Sequence record: PV245933.1
DNA: 39,625 nucleotides
Source: Escherichia phage nasanit
Reading direction: 5' to 3' (one strand)
The notes below the pieces were generated by a model. It did no database searches. It saw only the letters and a program-made list of their open reading frames with translations, and was not told the DNA's origin. This document shows, one piece after another, positions 18,083 through 27,269 of this stretch (position 1 is its first letter; the number at the start of each line of letters is the position of its first letter). The position numbers and the translations under genes were made by a program.

Positions 18083-18127
18083 AGTTAAACTAAAGGTCAT
18101 CTTAACGGGTGGCCTTCGTGATTAACT
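18083..18127 (+). promoter_or_regulatory. Conserved processing hairpin (RNase III site-like, R4.7 position)
   Basis: GAGTTAAACTAAAGGTCATCTTAACGGGTGGCCTTCGTGATTAAC. Confidence 0.45.
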
Positions 18128-18138
18128 TTTGTATGAAA

Positions 18139-18162
18139 TCTATTCAACTCACTAATGGGAGA
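18139..18162 (+). promoter_or_regulatory. Phage RNAP promoter (phi4.7 position), variant
   Basis: TCTATTCAACTCACTAATGGGAGA. Confidence 0.6.
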
Positions 18163-18170
18163 ACAACAAT

Positions 18171-18569
18171 ATGCGTAATCGTAATGTAATCGAAGCTGAA
18201 ATCTCTAAGCTGCAAGCTGAACTGGCTGATGTCAAAGAGTATGAATGTGCTCGTGACTCTGCGGTACACATCCTGAAGAACTTAGGGTGGACTCGCTCCC
18301 GTGGTCAATGGGTGAAACCTGCCAAGGCAAACACCAAGCTGTTCGATAAGGACACCATGACCCACATTAAGGCTGGTGACTTCTGCGCATCAACTGAGAC
18401 ATCATCTCTATGGTACGTGCGCACGGTCGATGGCAACATCTGCTGGTGCTCACGAGTGTCCCGCATTACTCCTAACGGAACCTTAGTGACCAGCAACAAC
18501 GTTGGAATCAAAGCTGAGAACCTGAAGGTAATCAACGTGAAAGACTATATGGGATACACCCATCGTTAA
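18171..18569 (+). CDS. gp4.7-like hypothetical protein (132 aa)
   Basis: Intact ORF directly downstream of promoter; size close to T7 gp4.7 (135 aa). Confidence 0.6.
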   Translation: MRNRNVIEAEISKLQAELADVKEYECARDSAVHILKNLGWTRSRGQWVKPAKANTKLFDKDTMTHIKAGDFCASTETSSLWYVRTVDGNICWCSRVSRITPNGTLVTSNNVGIKAENLKVINVKDYMGYTHR

Positions 18570-18588
18570 ACTTTAAGGAGTAAACACA

Positions 18589-20703
18589 ATGTTACTATCC
18601 GACATCGAAACAAACGGGTTGCTGCACAACGTTAGTCAATTTCACTGTGCGGTGACTTACGACTACACAACTGACCAGTACATCCGTTACCGACCTGATG
18701 ACTTTGGGGCGTACATTGATGCACTCGAAGCCGAGGTTGCTCGTGGTGGTCTCATTGTGTTCCACAACGGTCACAAGTATGACGTTCCTGTTATCGAGAA
18801 GCTGGCGAAGCTGATTCTGAATCGTGACGTTAAGTTCCCGAAAGAGAACGTCTTGGACACCTTAGTGATGTCCCGACTGATTTACTCTAACATCAAAGAC
18901 ACTGATGCTGGTCTGCTGCGTTCTGGCAAGCTGCCAGGTAAACGCTTTGGCTCTCACGCTCTTGAGGCGTGGGGCTACCGCTTAGGCGAAATGAAGGGTG
19001 AGTACAAGGACGACTTTAAGAAGTCACTGGAAGAGTCTGGTGATGAATACGAAGACGGGATGGAGTGGCTGTTCTTCAACGAAGACATGATGGAATATAA
19101 CGTTCAAGACGTTGTAGTCACCAAGGCACTCTTTGAGAAACTGTGTAGCAACACTTTCTATTTCCCGAACGAGACACCCGCTGGAAGCACAGAAGCAGAA
19201 CGTTTCTGGAACGGTAGCCTTGAGGCTGTCAAGCTGGAACATGATGCTGCATGGTTGTTAGCTAAGATGGAGCGTAACGGTTTTCCTATTGACATTAAGT
19301 CTCTTGAGAACCTGTACGCAGAACTCGCTGGTAGACGTGGTGAGCTACTCGTAGAGTTAACCAATACGTTTGGCTCATGGTACTCCGCTAAGGGCGGTAC
19401 TGAAGCATTCAGGCATCCTCGTACCGGAAAGCCGCTCACCAAGTATCCTCGTGTGAAGTACCCGAAACAGGGTGGTATATTTAAGAAGCCTAAGAACAAG
19501 AAGCAACGTGAAGGCTTAGAGCCATGTGAGTTGGATACCCGCGATTACGTTGAGGGTGCTCCGTATACTCCGGTTGAGCACGTTGTGTTTAACCCTTCGA
19601 GCCGAGACCACATCACTCGTGTTCTCACCAAGGCTGGTTGGGTTCCCGTTGAGTTCACCCCAAGTGGTGCACCAAAGGTAGACGATGAGGTCTTAGAGCA
19701 CGTTAAGGTAGACGACCCTGATGCACAGCGTTGCATTGAGTTGATTAAAGAATACCTTATGATTCAGAAACGTATCGGTCAGGTTGCTGAGGGTGATAAC
19801 GGCTGGCTCCGAATGATTGGAGAAGATGGTCGTATTCACGGAAGCGTTAACCCTAACGGTGCGGTAACTGGACGTGCAACCCATAGTTTCCCTAACGTGG
19901 CACAGGTGCCTTCTATCCGTGCTGCTTATGGCGAACCTTGCCGTGCTGCTTTCGGTGCCGAGCACAACATGAAAGACGGTAAGCCAGACCCTTGGATTCA
20001 AGTTGGTGTGGATGCGTCCGGCCTTGAGCTACGTTGCTTGGGCCACTTCATGTATCGTTATGATGAGGGTGAGTACGTTGAGACTATCCTCACTGGTGAC
20101 ATCCATACGAAGAACCAATTGGCTGCGGGCCTACCAACTCGTGACAACGCTAAGACATTTATCTATGGGTTCCTCTATGGTGCTGGCGCTGCGAAGATAG
20201 GACAGATTGTTGGTGGTACTGCCGAAGACGGTAAGCGACTCATAAAGAACTTCCTTGAGCAAACCCCTGCTATCGCTGCATTACGTGAAGCAATCACAGG
20301 GACACTCGTCAAGGACTCTAAGTGGGTTGGTGGTGAACAGAAAGTAACTTGGAAGCGCCGTTGGGTTCGAGGCTTGGATGGTCGTAAAGTACACGTCCGT
20401 AGTCCTCACGCTGCGTTGAACACCTTGTTGCAATCTGCTGGTGCTCTGATTTGTAAACTGTGGATTGTAGAGACTGAGCGTCTGTTACTGGAAGCTGGCC
20501 TGAAGCATGGCTGGGATGGTGACTTTGCGTATATGGCTTGGGTACACGATGAGATTCAGGTAGCTGCACGTACTCAAGAGATTGCCGATAAGATTGTAGA
20601 GTTGGCACAGCAAGCAATGCGTAATGTGGGAGACCACTTTAACTTTAGATGTCAGTTAGATACCGAAGGTAAGACTGGCGCAAACTGGAAAGATTGTCAC
20701 TAA
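18589..20703 (+). CDS. 5: DNA polymerase (family A, with 3'-5' exonuclease), gp5
   Basis: 704 aa (same as T7 gp5); N-terminal exo motif MLLSDIETNGL; overall T7 gp5 pattern. Confidence 0.97.
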   Translation: MLLSDIETNGLLHNVSQFHCAVTYDYTTDQYIRYRPDDFGAYIDALEAEVARGGLIVFHNGHKYDVPVIEKLAKLILNRDVKFPKENVLDTLVMSRLIYSNIKDTDAGLLRSGKLPGKRFGSHALEAWGYRLGEMKGEYKDDFKKSLEESGDEYEDGMEWLFFNEDMMEYNVQDVVVTKALFEKLCSNTFYFPNETPAGSTEAERFWNGSLEAVKLEHDAAWLLAKMERNGFPIDIKSLENLYAELAGRRGELLVELTNTFGSWYSAKGGTEAFRHPRTGKPLTKYPRVKYPKQGGIFKKPKNKKQREGLEPCELDTRDYVEGAPYTPVEHVVFNPSSRDHITRVLTKAGWVPVEFTPSGAPKVDDEVLEHVKVDDPDAQRCIELIKEYLMIQKRIGQVAEGDNGWLRMIGEDGRIHGSVNPNGAVTGRATHSFPNVAQVPSIRAAYGEPCRAAFGAEHNMKDGKPDPWIQVGVDASGLELRCLGHFMYRYDEGEYVETILTGDIHTKNQLAAGLPTRDNAKTFIYGFLYGAGAAKIGQIVGGTAEDGKRLIKNFLEQTPAIAALREAITGTLVKDSKWVGGEQKVTWKRRWVRGLDGRKVHVRSPHAALNTLLQSAGALICKLWIVETERLLLEAGLKHGWDGDFAYMAWVHDEIQVAARTQEIADKIVELAQQAMRNVGDHFNFRCQLDTEGKTGANWKDCH

Positions 20704-20718
20704 TAGGAGACACATATC

Positions 20719-21021
20719 ATGGCTATTACTAAACGTTTTAAAGTATCATTCGAAGTCACCGCTGTAATTGATAGCGAGTCTGAGAACAACCTGAATGATT
20801 TACTCGTAGACATCGCTAAGAAAGCTGCCACTGGTGAGGAACTTAACCCGTTTAAACGTGAGTTGCTAGTTCAAGGTCTAACCTATGGACCAGAAGGTGC
20901 TGCCGCATTCTGTATCAAGCAGGGTCTTCGCAATTTTATTCGTGAGGGCCACGGCGAACTGAGTTCAACCGAGCGAAAGCTCATGCGATTCTCTCCAGCT
21001 ACTATTCGTGAGGTGAAGTAA
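20719..21021 (+). CDS. 5.5: gp5.5-like protein (100 aa)
   Basis: Starts MAITKRFKVSFEVTAVIDSE; position and size as T7 gp5.5. Confidence 0.65.
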   Translation: MAITKRFKVSFEVTAVIDSESENNLNDLLVDIAKKAATGEELNPFKRELLVQGLTYGPEGAAAFCIKQGLRNFIREGHGELSSTERKLMRFSPATIREVK

Positions 21022-21230
21022 TGGGTGATTATCTACGTGTACTGGCGGCTATCAAAAGCTGCCCCAAGACCTTTCAGTCGAACTATGTGCGCAACAATGC
21101 GTCACTGGTGGCTGAGGCTGCGAGTCGTGGTCATATCTCTTGCCTATCAGTCGATGGGCGTAATGCTGGCGCTTGGGAAGTAACAGGCGCTGGTGTCCGA
21201 TTCCTGAAGAAGATGGGAGGTTGCGTATGA
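21021..21230 (+). CDS. 5.7: gp5.7-like protein (69 aa)
   Basis: Same size as T7 gp5.7; start overlaps 5.5 stop; stop overlaps gene 6 start. Confidence 0.65.
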   Translation: MGDYLRVLAAIKSCPKTFQSNYVRNNASLVAEAASRGHISCLSVDGRNAGAWEVTGAGVRFLKKMGGCV

Positions 21231-22141
21231 GCGCAATTACACTGAAGGAGTTCTACGAGTTACGCCAAGGGAAATCCGATAAGGGTGTTCTCGTAATGGA
21301 TGGTGACTGGCTGGTATTCCAAGCGATGGCAGCAAGCGAAGTCGAGACCGATTGGGGTGACGATGTGTGGACCTTAGAGTGTGACCACGGGAAAGCGTGG
21401 AACATTCTGGTTGACTCTATCAAGTCCTATGCGAGTCGTAAGAAGGCTTGGCGTGATGCACCTATCGTACTGGCCTTCACGGACGCTGTGAACTGGCGTA
21501 AGGAACTAGTGGACCCAACCTATAAGGAGAACCGTAAGGCATCCCGTAAGCCTGTAGGATACCGTGCGTTCGTCGAGCGTGTTCAAGCATGTGAGGACTG
21601 GATGTCTATCCTTGAAGACCGACTTGAGGGTGATGACGTAATGGGAATCATTGGGTCTGGTGCTAAACATTTTGGTTTCAAGAAGGCTGTACTGGTCTCC
21701 TGTGATAAGGACTTTAAGACCATCCCTGATTGTGACTTCTTGTGGTGCACGACTGGTAACATCTTGACTCAAGACCAGACTACTGCTGACTACTGGCACA
21801 TCTATCAGACCATTAAAGGTGACTTGACGGATGGTTATGGTGGCATTCCGGGCTGGGGCGAGACTACCGCTGAGTGGCTGGAGAACCCGTATGCCTTTGA
21901 ACAGGTTGAGAAAACTTTCAAGTCTGGTGCCCGTAAGGGACAGACAGTTCTCGAATGGAAAAAGGTTGACATGGGTGAGCGAACCCTATGGGAAGCCATT
22001 GTGACACTTGGTGCAAAAGCTGGGATGACCGAAGAGGAAATCATTAAGCAAGGCCAGATGGCTCGTATACTTCGATTCGAAGAGTACAACTTTATCGACA
22101 AGGAGATTTACCTATGGTCGCCGGAACAGTTGCGTTCGTAA
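21227..22141 (+). CDS. 6: 5'-3' exonuclease, gp6
   Basis: 304 aa from MSAITLKEFYELRQGKSDKGVLVMDGDWLVFQAM; T7 gp6 pattern. Confidence 0.93.
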   Translation: MSAITLKEFYELRQGKSDKGVLVMDGDWLVFQAMAASEVETDWGDDVWTLECDHGKAWNILVDSIKSYASRKKAWRDAPIVLAFTDAVNWRKELVDPTYKENRKASRKPVGYRAFVERVQACEDWMSILEDRLEGDDVMGIIGSGAKHFGFKKAVLVSCDKDFKTIPDCDFLWCTTGNILTQDQTTADYWHIYQTIKGDLTDGYGGIPGWGETTAEWLENPYAFEQVEKTFKSGARKGQTVLEWKKVDMGERTLWEAIVTLGAKAGMTEEEIIKQGQMARILRFEEYNFIDKEIYLWSPEQLRS

Positions 22142-22200
22142 TGTTCGCAATCGTAGCCTTCGCTATGGTGTGGGCTGCATTTATAGCTAAGAGTGTGTAA
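22141..22200 (+). CDS. Possible 19-aa hydrophobic peptide (gene 6.3 position)
   Basis: MFAIVAFAMVWAAFIAKSV; ATG overlaps gene 6 stop; very short. Confidence 0.2.
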   Translation: MFAIVAFAMVWAAFIAKSV

Positions 22201-22228
22201 CTCTAGGCATTCTTCTCGACAGTGAAAT

Positions 22229-22251
22229 CAATACGACTCACTATTGAGAGG
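22229..22251 (+). promoter_or_regulatory. Phage RNAP promoter (phi6.5 position)
   Basis: CAATACGACTCACTATTGAGAGG. Confidence 0.75.
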
Positions 22252-22302
22252 GGTGCCTATATGATACCTACTTTAAGTTTAACTTTAAGGAGAACATTAA
22301 TT

Positions 22303-22548
22303 ATGTTAACCCCTATCAAGAAGTATATGGAGAACCCACAAGATATTCCTAACGTTCCTCGTGCAACTATGGAGTACCTACAGGTTCAATACAATGCTGG
22401 ATATGCTATTCAGTCAGGACTAATCAACCGATTGAAACAGGCTGGATGGTCTGAAAGCTACATCGCTGGGTTCCTCGCGGGTCTCAACTATGCGTCTCAA
22501 ACTCTGGACGACATGGAGGCAATCCGTAAGGAACAGGCTGAGTCGTAA
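22303..22548 (+). CDS. gp6.5-like hypothetical protein (81 aa)
   Basis: Start MLTPIKKYMEN after TTTAACTTTAAGGAGA leader; track start 22222 rejected. Confidence 0.6.
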   Translation: MLTPIKKYMENPQDIPNVPRATMEYLQVQYNAGYAIQSGLINRLKQAGWSESYIAGFLAGLNYASQTLDDMEAIRKEQAES

Positions 22549-22557
22549 GGAGGTCTT

Positions 22558-22833
22558 ATGTGCTTTTCGCCAAAGATTAAGACACCTAAAGTAAAGACTG
22601 AATCCATCCGAGCTATCGACCCTGCGCCACTGACGGAAGAACCGAAAGGTATTCTCTTTGGTGGCGAAGAGGACAATGATAGCGGGACCTCTTCTGAGGT
22701 GCCAACGGGTGGCAAGAAGTCCCTGAAGGTGAAACTGGATGACTCCGTTGAGAAGTCCAAGAAGGCAGACTCCGATGCTGCCAAGAAGAAGTCTAAATCT
22801 GGTATCCGTACCAGTATCTTTAAGAAGAAATAA
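22558..22833 (+). CDS. 6.7: gp6.7-like virion protein (91 aa)
   Basis: Starts MCFSPKIKTPK; Lys-rich C-terminus. Confidence 0.75.
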   Translation: MCFSPKIKTPKVKTESIRAIDPAPLTEEPKGILFGGEEDNDSGTSSEVPTGGKKSLKVKLDDSVEKSKKADSDAAKKKSKSGIRTSIFKKK

Positions 22834-22847
22834 ATAGGAGGTCTATC

Positions 22848-23216
22848 ATGGGTTGGGGTAAAAAGATTCGCAAATCAGTTAAGAAGGCTGTCAAGAAAGT
22901 AACCAAGCCTATCGAGAAGGTAGTCAAGGAAACTGGTAAGGCAGTTGAGAAGGTCGGTAAGGAAGCTGGTAAGGTCGTTGGTGGCGTTGCTGGTGCACTT
23001 GCTGGTGGTGGTAAGCCTGATGTACAGGTGGTTGAACAAGCTGCTCCTGTAGCTGCTCCGGCCCCGGCTGCTGCACAGATTATTGAGCCACCGAGTAAAG
23101 ACGATGTGGATACCGATGATGATGCACAGACCGAATCTGGCAAGAAGAAAGCCCGTGCTGGCGGTAAGAAATCTCTGAGTGTCGCTCGCAGTTCTGGCGG
23201 TGGTCTGAATATCTAA
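22848..23216 (+). CDS. 7.3: gp7.3-like virion/tail-associated protein (122 aa)
   Basis: Lys-rich repetitive N-terminus, Ala/Pro-rich middle, basic C-terminus; position between 6.7 and 8. Confidence 0.7.
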   Translation: MGWGKKIRKSVKKAVKKVTKPIEKVVKETGKAVEKVGKEAGKVVGGVAGALAGGGKPDVQVVEQAAPVAAPAPAAAQIIEPPSKDDVDTDDDAQTESGKKKARAGGKKSLSVARSSGGGLNI

Positions 23217-23229
23217 TTAAGGAGGCACT

Positions 23230-24837
23230 ATGGCAAGCTCACAGAAACGTGAAGGCTTCGCGGAGAATGGTGCCAAGGCGGTGTATGACGCATTGAAGAA
23301 CGACCGGAACTCCTATGAGACCCGTGCGGAAAACTGTGCGAAGTACACCATCCCTTCGTTGTTCCCTAAAGACTCCGACAACGCCTCTACTGACTACACC
23401 ACTCCGTGGCAAGCAGTTGGCGCTCGTGGCTTGAACAACTTGGCCTCTAAGCTCATGCTCGCTCTGTTCCCTATGCAGACGTGGATGAAGCTGACCATCT
23501 CTGAGTTCGAAGCGAAACAATTGGTTGCACAGCCAGCCGAACTAGCGAAGGTCGAAGAAGGTCTCTCAATGGTCGAGCGAATCTTGATGAACTACATCGA
23601 GTCCAACTCGTACCGTGTGACACTCTTTGAGACCCTCAAGCAGTTGGTCGTTGCAGGTAACGCTCTGCTCTACATTCCTGAACCTGAAGGTGCTTACAAT
23701 CCGATGAAGCTATACCGACTGTCTTCTTATGTTGTCCAACGAGACGCATTCGGCACGGTGCTACAGATTGTAACCTTAGATAAGACTGCCTATGCAGCAC
23801 TTCCAGAAGACGTTCGAAACTCTATGGACTCCGGTCAGGAACATAAAGGCGACGAAATGATTGATGTGTACACTCACATTTATCTTGACGAAGAATCTGG
23901 TGAGTACCTCAAGTACGAAGAGATTGATGGTGTTGAAGTCGATGGTACAGATGCTTCTTATCCGGTGGACGCTTGTCCTTATATCCCGGTTCGCATGGTA
24001 CGCATTGATGGAGAATCATATGGTCGTTCTTACTGTGAGGAATACTTAGGTGACTTACGGTCCCTTGAGAACCTCCAAGAAGCTATCGTTAAGATGTCAA
24101 TGATTAGTGCTAAAGTTATTGGCTTGGTTAACCCGGCTGGTATCACACAGGTTCGTCGTTTGACCAAAGCACAGACTGGTGACTTCGTGTCTGGTCGTCC
24201 AGAAGACATCTCGTTCCTTCAGCTTGAAAAGGCCGCAGACTTCTCTGTAGCGAAAGCTGTGAGTGAACAGATTGAGGGCCGACTGTCCTATGCCTTTATG
24301 TTGAACTCCGCTGTGCAACGCACTGGTGAGCGTGTGACTGCCGAAGAGATTCGATATGTTGCATCTGAACTCGAAGATACCCTTGGTGGTGTCTATTCGA
24401 TTCTCTCACAGGAACTTCAGTTGCCAATGGTTCGTGTCCTGCTGAAGCAACTTCAAGCGACCAATCAGATTCCTGAGCTACCGAAAGAGGCCGTTGAGCC
24501 TACTATCAGTACCGGGATGGAAGCATTGGGTCGTGGTCAAGACCTCGATAAGCTGGAGCGTTGTATTGCTGCTTGGTCTGCTCTTGCTCCTATGCAGAAT
24601 GACCCGGACATCAACATTGCGACCATTAAGTTGCGCATTGCGAACGCTATCGGCATCGACACTTCTGGTATCCTCAAGACACCTGAAGAGAAACAACAGG
24701 AGATGGCTGAGGCTGCTCAAGGAACTGCACTGGAGAACGCTGCTGCATCTGCTGGTGCTGGTGCTGGTGCACTTGCTACTGCAAGCCCTGAGAACATGCA
24801 AGCGGCTGCTGAACAGGCTGGAATGGTTCCAAATTAA
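23230..24837 (+). CDS. 8: Head-to-tail connector (portal) protein, gp8
   Basis: 535 aa (T7 is 536); AAGGAGG SD. Confidence 0.96.
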   Translation: MASSQKREGFAENGAKAVYDALKNDRNSYETRAENCAKYTIPSLFPKDSDNASTDYTTPWQAVGARGLNNLASKLMLALFPMQTWMKLTISEFEAKQLVAQPAELAKVEEGLSMVERILMNYIESNSYRVTLFETLKQLVVAGNALLYIPEPEGAYNPMKLYRLSSYVVQRDAFGTVLQIVTLDKTAYAALPEDVRNSMDSGQEHKGDEMIDVYTHIYLDEESGEYLKYEEIDGVEVDGTDASYPVDACPYIPVRMVRIDGESYGRSYCEEYLGDLRSLENLQEAIVKMSMISAKVIGLVNPAGITQVRRLTKAQTGDFVSGRPEDISFLQLEKAADFSVAKAVSEQIEGRLSYAFMLNSAVQRTGERVTAEEIRYVASELEDTLGGVYSILSQELQLPMVRVLLKQLQATNQIPELPKEAVEPTISTGMEALGRGQDLDKLERCIAAWSALAPMQNDPDINIATIKLRIANAIGIDTSGILKTPEEKQQEMAEAAQGTALENAAASAGAGAGALATASPENMQAAAEQAGMVPN

Positions 24838-24857
24838 TACGACTCACTAATGGGAGA
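24835..24857 (+). promoter_or_regulatory. Phage RNAP promoter (phi9 position)
   Basis: TAATACGACTCACTAATGGGAGA overlapping gene 8 stop. Confidence 0.8.
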
Positions 24858-24913
24858 GACAATACGTCCTCCCTTTGAGTTCAACTTTATGAAATCTAAA
24901 GGAGATAACAATT

Positions 24914-25825
24914 ATGGCTGGTGAATCTAACGCTGACGTATACGCATCTTTTGGTGTGAACTCTGCGGTTGTCGGTGGGTCTACTCCTACTGACCACGAA
25001 CAGGCTATGCTTGAACTCGACGTTGCTGCCCGTGATGGTGATGACGCAATTGAGTTAGTAAGTAACGATGACCCGTATGGTAATCCAGACCCGTTCGGTG
25101 AAGAAGACGAAGACCGCACTGAGATTCGTATCTCCACTGATGGTGAACCTGAAGTAACCGAAGAAGGTGAAATCGACTATGAAGGAACCGAAGATGAAGG
25201 CTCCGAAGAGTTTGAACCAGTTGGTGACGTTCCAGATGAACTGAACGAAGCCTCAAGTCAACTCGAAGAGCACGAAGCTGGTTTCGAAGAGATGGTCAAT
25301 CAGGCTGCTGAACGTGGTCTGTCTGAAGAAACCATCGTGCGTATCCAACAGGAATACGGAGAGGACGGTCTGTCTGAAGAGTCTTACGAAGAGTTAGCCA
25401 AAGCTGGTTACTCCAAGTCGTTTGTTGACTCCTACATCCGTGGTCAGGAAGCACTGGTAGAACAGTATGTTCAGTCCGTTATGGAGTACGCTGGCGGTGG
25501 AGCACAGTTCCAAGCAATCTACAATCACCTCGAAGTGTCCAACCCGGATGCTGCCGAGTCTCTGATTAGTGCCTTGGAGAATCGTGACCTCGCAACAGTT
25601 AAGGCTATCGTTAATCTCGCTGGTGCAAGCCGTGAGAAGACTTTCGGTAAACCTGCTGCCCGTAGCATTTCTAAACGTGCCGTACCTGCTGCACCTGTAC
25701 GAGCCAAACAGTCTGGCTTTGAGTCACAGGCTGAGATGATTGCTGCAATGTCCGACCCTCGCTACCGTTCGGACTCTAAGTTCCGTGCTGAAGTTGAGCG
25801 TAAGATGATGTACAGTAACTTCTAA
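24914..25825 (+). CDS. 9: Capsid assembly (scaffolding) protein, gp9
   Basis: 303 aa, highly acidic, T7 gp9 pattern. Confidence 0.93.
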   Translation: MAGESNADVYASFGVNSAVVGGSTPTDHEQAMLELDVAARDGDDAIELVSNDDPYGNPDPFGEEDEDRTEIRISTDGEPEVTEEGEIDYEGTEDEGSEEFEPVGDVPDELNEASSQLEEHEAGFEEMVNQAAERGLSEETIVRIQQEYGEDGLSEESYEELAKAGYSKSFVDSYIRGQEALVEQYVQSVMEYAGGGAQFQAIYNHLEVSNPDAAESLISALENRDLATVKAIVNLAGASREKTFGKPAARSISKRAVPAAPVRAKQSGFESQAEMIAAMSDPRYRSDSKFRAEVERKMMYSNF

Positions 25826-25828
25826 AAT

Positions 25829-25851
25829 TAATACGACTCACTATTGGGAGA
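25829..25851 (+). promoter_or_regulatory. Phage RNAP promoter (phi10 position), consensus copy
   Basis: TAATACGACTCACTATTGGGAGA. Confidence 0.85.
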
Positions 25852-26020
25852 GAGATGGAATCCCACGATTGGAGGTCACACAGACCATTAAGTTGCTGTG
25901 ACATCTGGCTTCCGGGCTTGTCGTGGGAATGCTCCCTTTGAGTGATACACAATGAGAACCAACTCGTTTCAAGTAGTACCTCACACATTTAAACTTTAAA
26001 TTAACAGAAGGAGATTCAAC
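25852..26020 (+). promoter_or_regulatory. Long structured 5' leader of the major capsid gene, with epsilon-like translational enhancer
   Basis: About 170 nt between transcription start and ATG; nested inverted repeats (CCCACGA/TCGTGGG, GTCACA(CA)G/CTGTGAC, GGGAG/CTCCC); TTTAAACTTTAAATTAACAGAAGGAGA before the ATG. Confidence 0.5.
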
Positions 26021-27064
26021 ATGGCTAAGATGAATGGTGGTCAGCAAATTGGTAAAGACCAAGGTAAAGGTATGTCTGCTGGTGATAAACTGGCTCTGTT
26101 CCTGAAAGTGTTCGGTGGTGAAGTTCTGACAGCGTTTACTCGTACCTCTGTTACCATGAACAAACACCTCGTGCGTTCCATTCAGTCCGGTAAGTCCGCG
26201 CAGTTCCCTGTGCTGGGTCGTACCAAAGCTGCTTACCTGCAACCGGGTGAGAACCTCGATGACAAACGTAAAGACATGAAGCACACTGAGCGTACCATTA
26301 ACATTGATGGTCTGCTGACTGCTGACGTTCTGATTTACGACATCGAAGACGCAATGAACCACTATGACGTGCGCTCCGAGTATACCGCACAGTTGGGTGA
26401 ATCTCTTGCGATGGCTGCTGATGGCGCGGTTCTGGCTGAAATGGCTAAACTGTGTAACCTGCCGTCTGCGTCTGATGAGAACATCGCTGGTCTCGGTAAG
26501 GCTCATGTACTGGAAGTTGGCAAGCAGTCTGAGCTTCGGGGAGACCAAGTTAAGCTGGGTCAGGCTATCATCGCACAGTTAACTCTGGCTCGTGCCAAGC
26601 TGACTGGCAACTATGTTCCGGCTGCTGACCGTGTGTTCTACACCACTCCAGACAACTACTCTGCTATTCTGGCTGCTCTGATGCCTAACGCTGCAAACTA
26701 TCAGGCTCTGATTGACCCGTCTACTGGCTCTATCCGCAACGTTATGGGCTTCGAAGTTATTGAGGTTCCGCATCTGACTGCTGGTGGTGCTGGCGAAGAC
26801 CGTCCAGAAGAGGGTGCAAATCCGACTGGTCAGAAACATGCGTTCCCTGAGACTTCCTCTGGTGACACCCGTGTTGCTCTGGACAACGTTGTCGGTCTGT
26901 TCAATCACCGCTCTGCCGTTGGTACTGTTAAGCTGAAAGATATGGCACTGGAACGTGCTCGTCGAGCTAACTTCCAAGCAGACCAGATTATCGCTAAGTA
27001 CGCTATGGGTCACGGTGGTCTGCGCCCTGAAGCATGTGGTGCGCTGGTTTTCAACAAGTCTTAA
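26021..27064 (+). CDS. 10: Major capsid protein, gp10A
   Basis: 347 aa; T7 gp10A pattern (T7 is 345 aa). Confidence 0.97.
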   Translation: MAKMNGGQQIGKDQGKGMSAGDKLALFLKVFGGEVLTAFTRTSVTMNKHLVRSIQSGKSAQFPVLGRTKAAYLQPGENLDDKRKDMKHTERTINIDGLLTADVLIYDIEDAMNHYDVRSEYTAQLGESLAMAADGAVLAEMAKLCNLPSASDENIAGLGKAHVLEVGKQSELRGDQVKLGQAIIAQLTLARAKLTGNYVPAADRVFYTTPDNYSAILAALMPNAANYQALIDPSTGSIRNVMGFEVIEVPHLTAGGAGEDRPEEGANPTGQKHAFPETSSGDTRVALDNVVGLFNHRSAVGTVKLKDMALERARRANFQADQIIAKYAMGHGGLRPEACGALVFNKS

Positions 27065-27198
27065 CTTCTCGCAAACTCGTAGGGGACACTGAGTCCCTTA
27101 CTGAAGTTGAGCAAGAGCTAACGCCACAACAGAAAGCTGCCCGTACCCGTGCGGCAAACAAGGCTCGAAAGGAAGCTGAGCTAGCTGCTACTGAATGA
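26021..27198 (+). CDS. 10: Minor capsid protein gp10B by -1 ribosomal frameshift near 27046-27052
   Basis: G GTT TTC slippery sequence just before the 10A stop; the -1 frame stays open for 48 further codons to TGA at 27196-27198. Confidence 0.55.
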
Positions 27199-27209
27199 TA
27201 ACTATATGA

Positions 27210-27248
27210 AACCCCTTGGGTGCCTTCACGGGTGCTTGAGGGGTTTTT
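27210..27248 (+). terminator. Intrinsic terminator (T-phi position)
   Basis: AACCCCTTGGGTGCCTTCACGGGTGCTTGAGGGGTTTTTT; GC-rich hairpin plus U-tract, very similar to T7 T-phi. Confidence 0.8.
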
Positions 27249-27269
27249 TCGCTACAAGGAGACACACTT

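Noticed and set aside
25841-26548. 235-aa ORF on the minus strand
   Set aside because: Lies entirely antisense to the major capsid gene, which is unambiguous; no SD or promoter context; all credible genes in this phage type are on the + strand.
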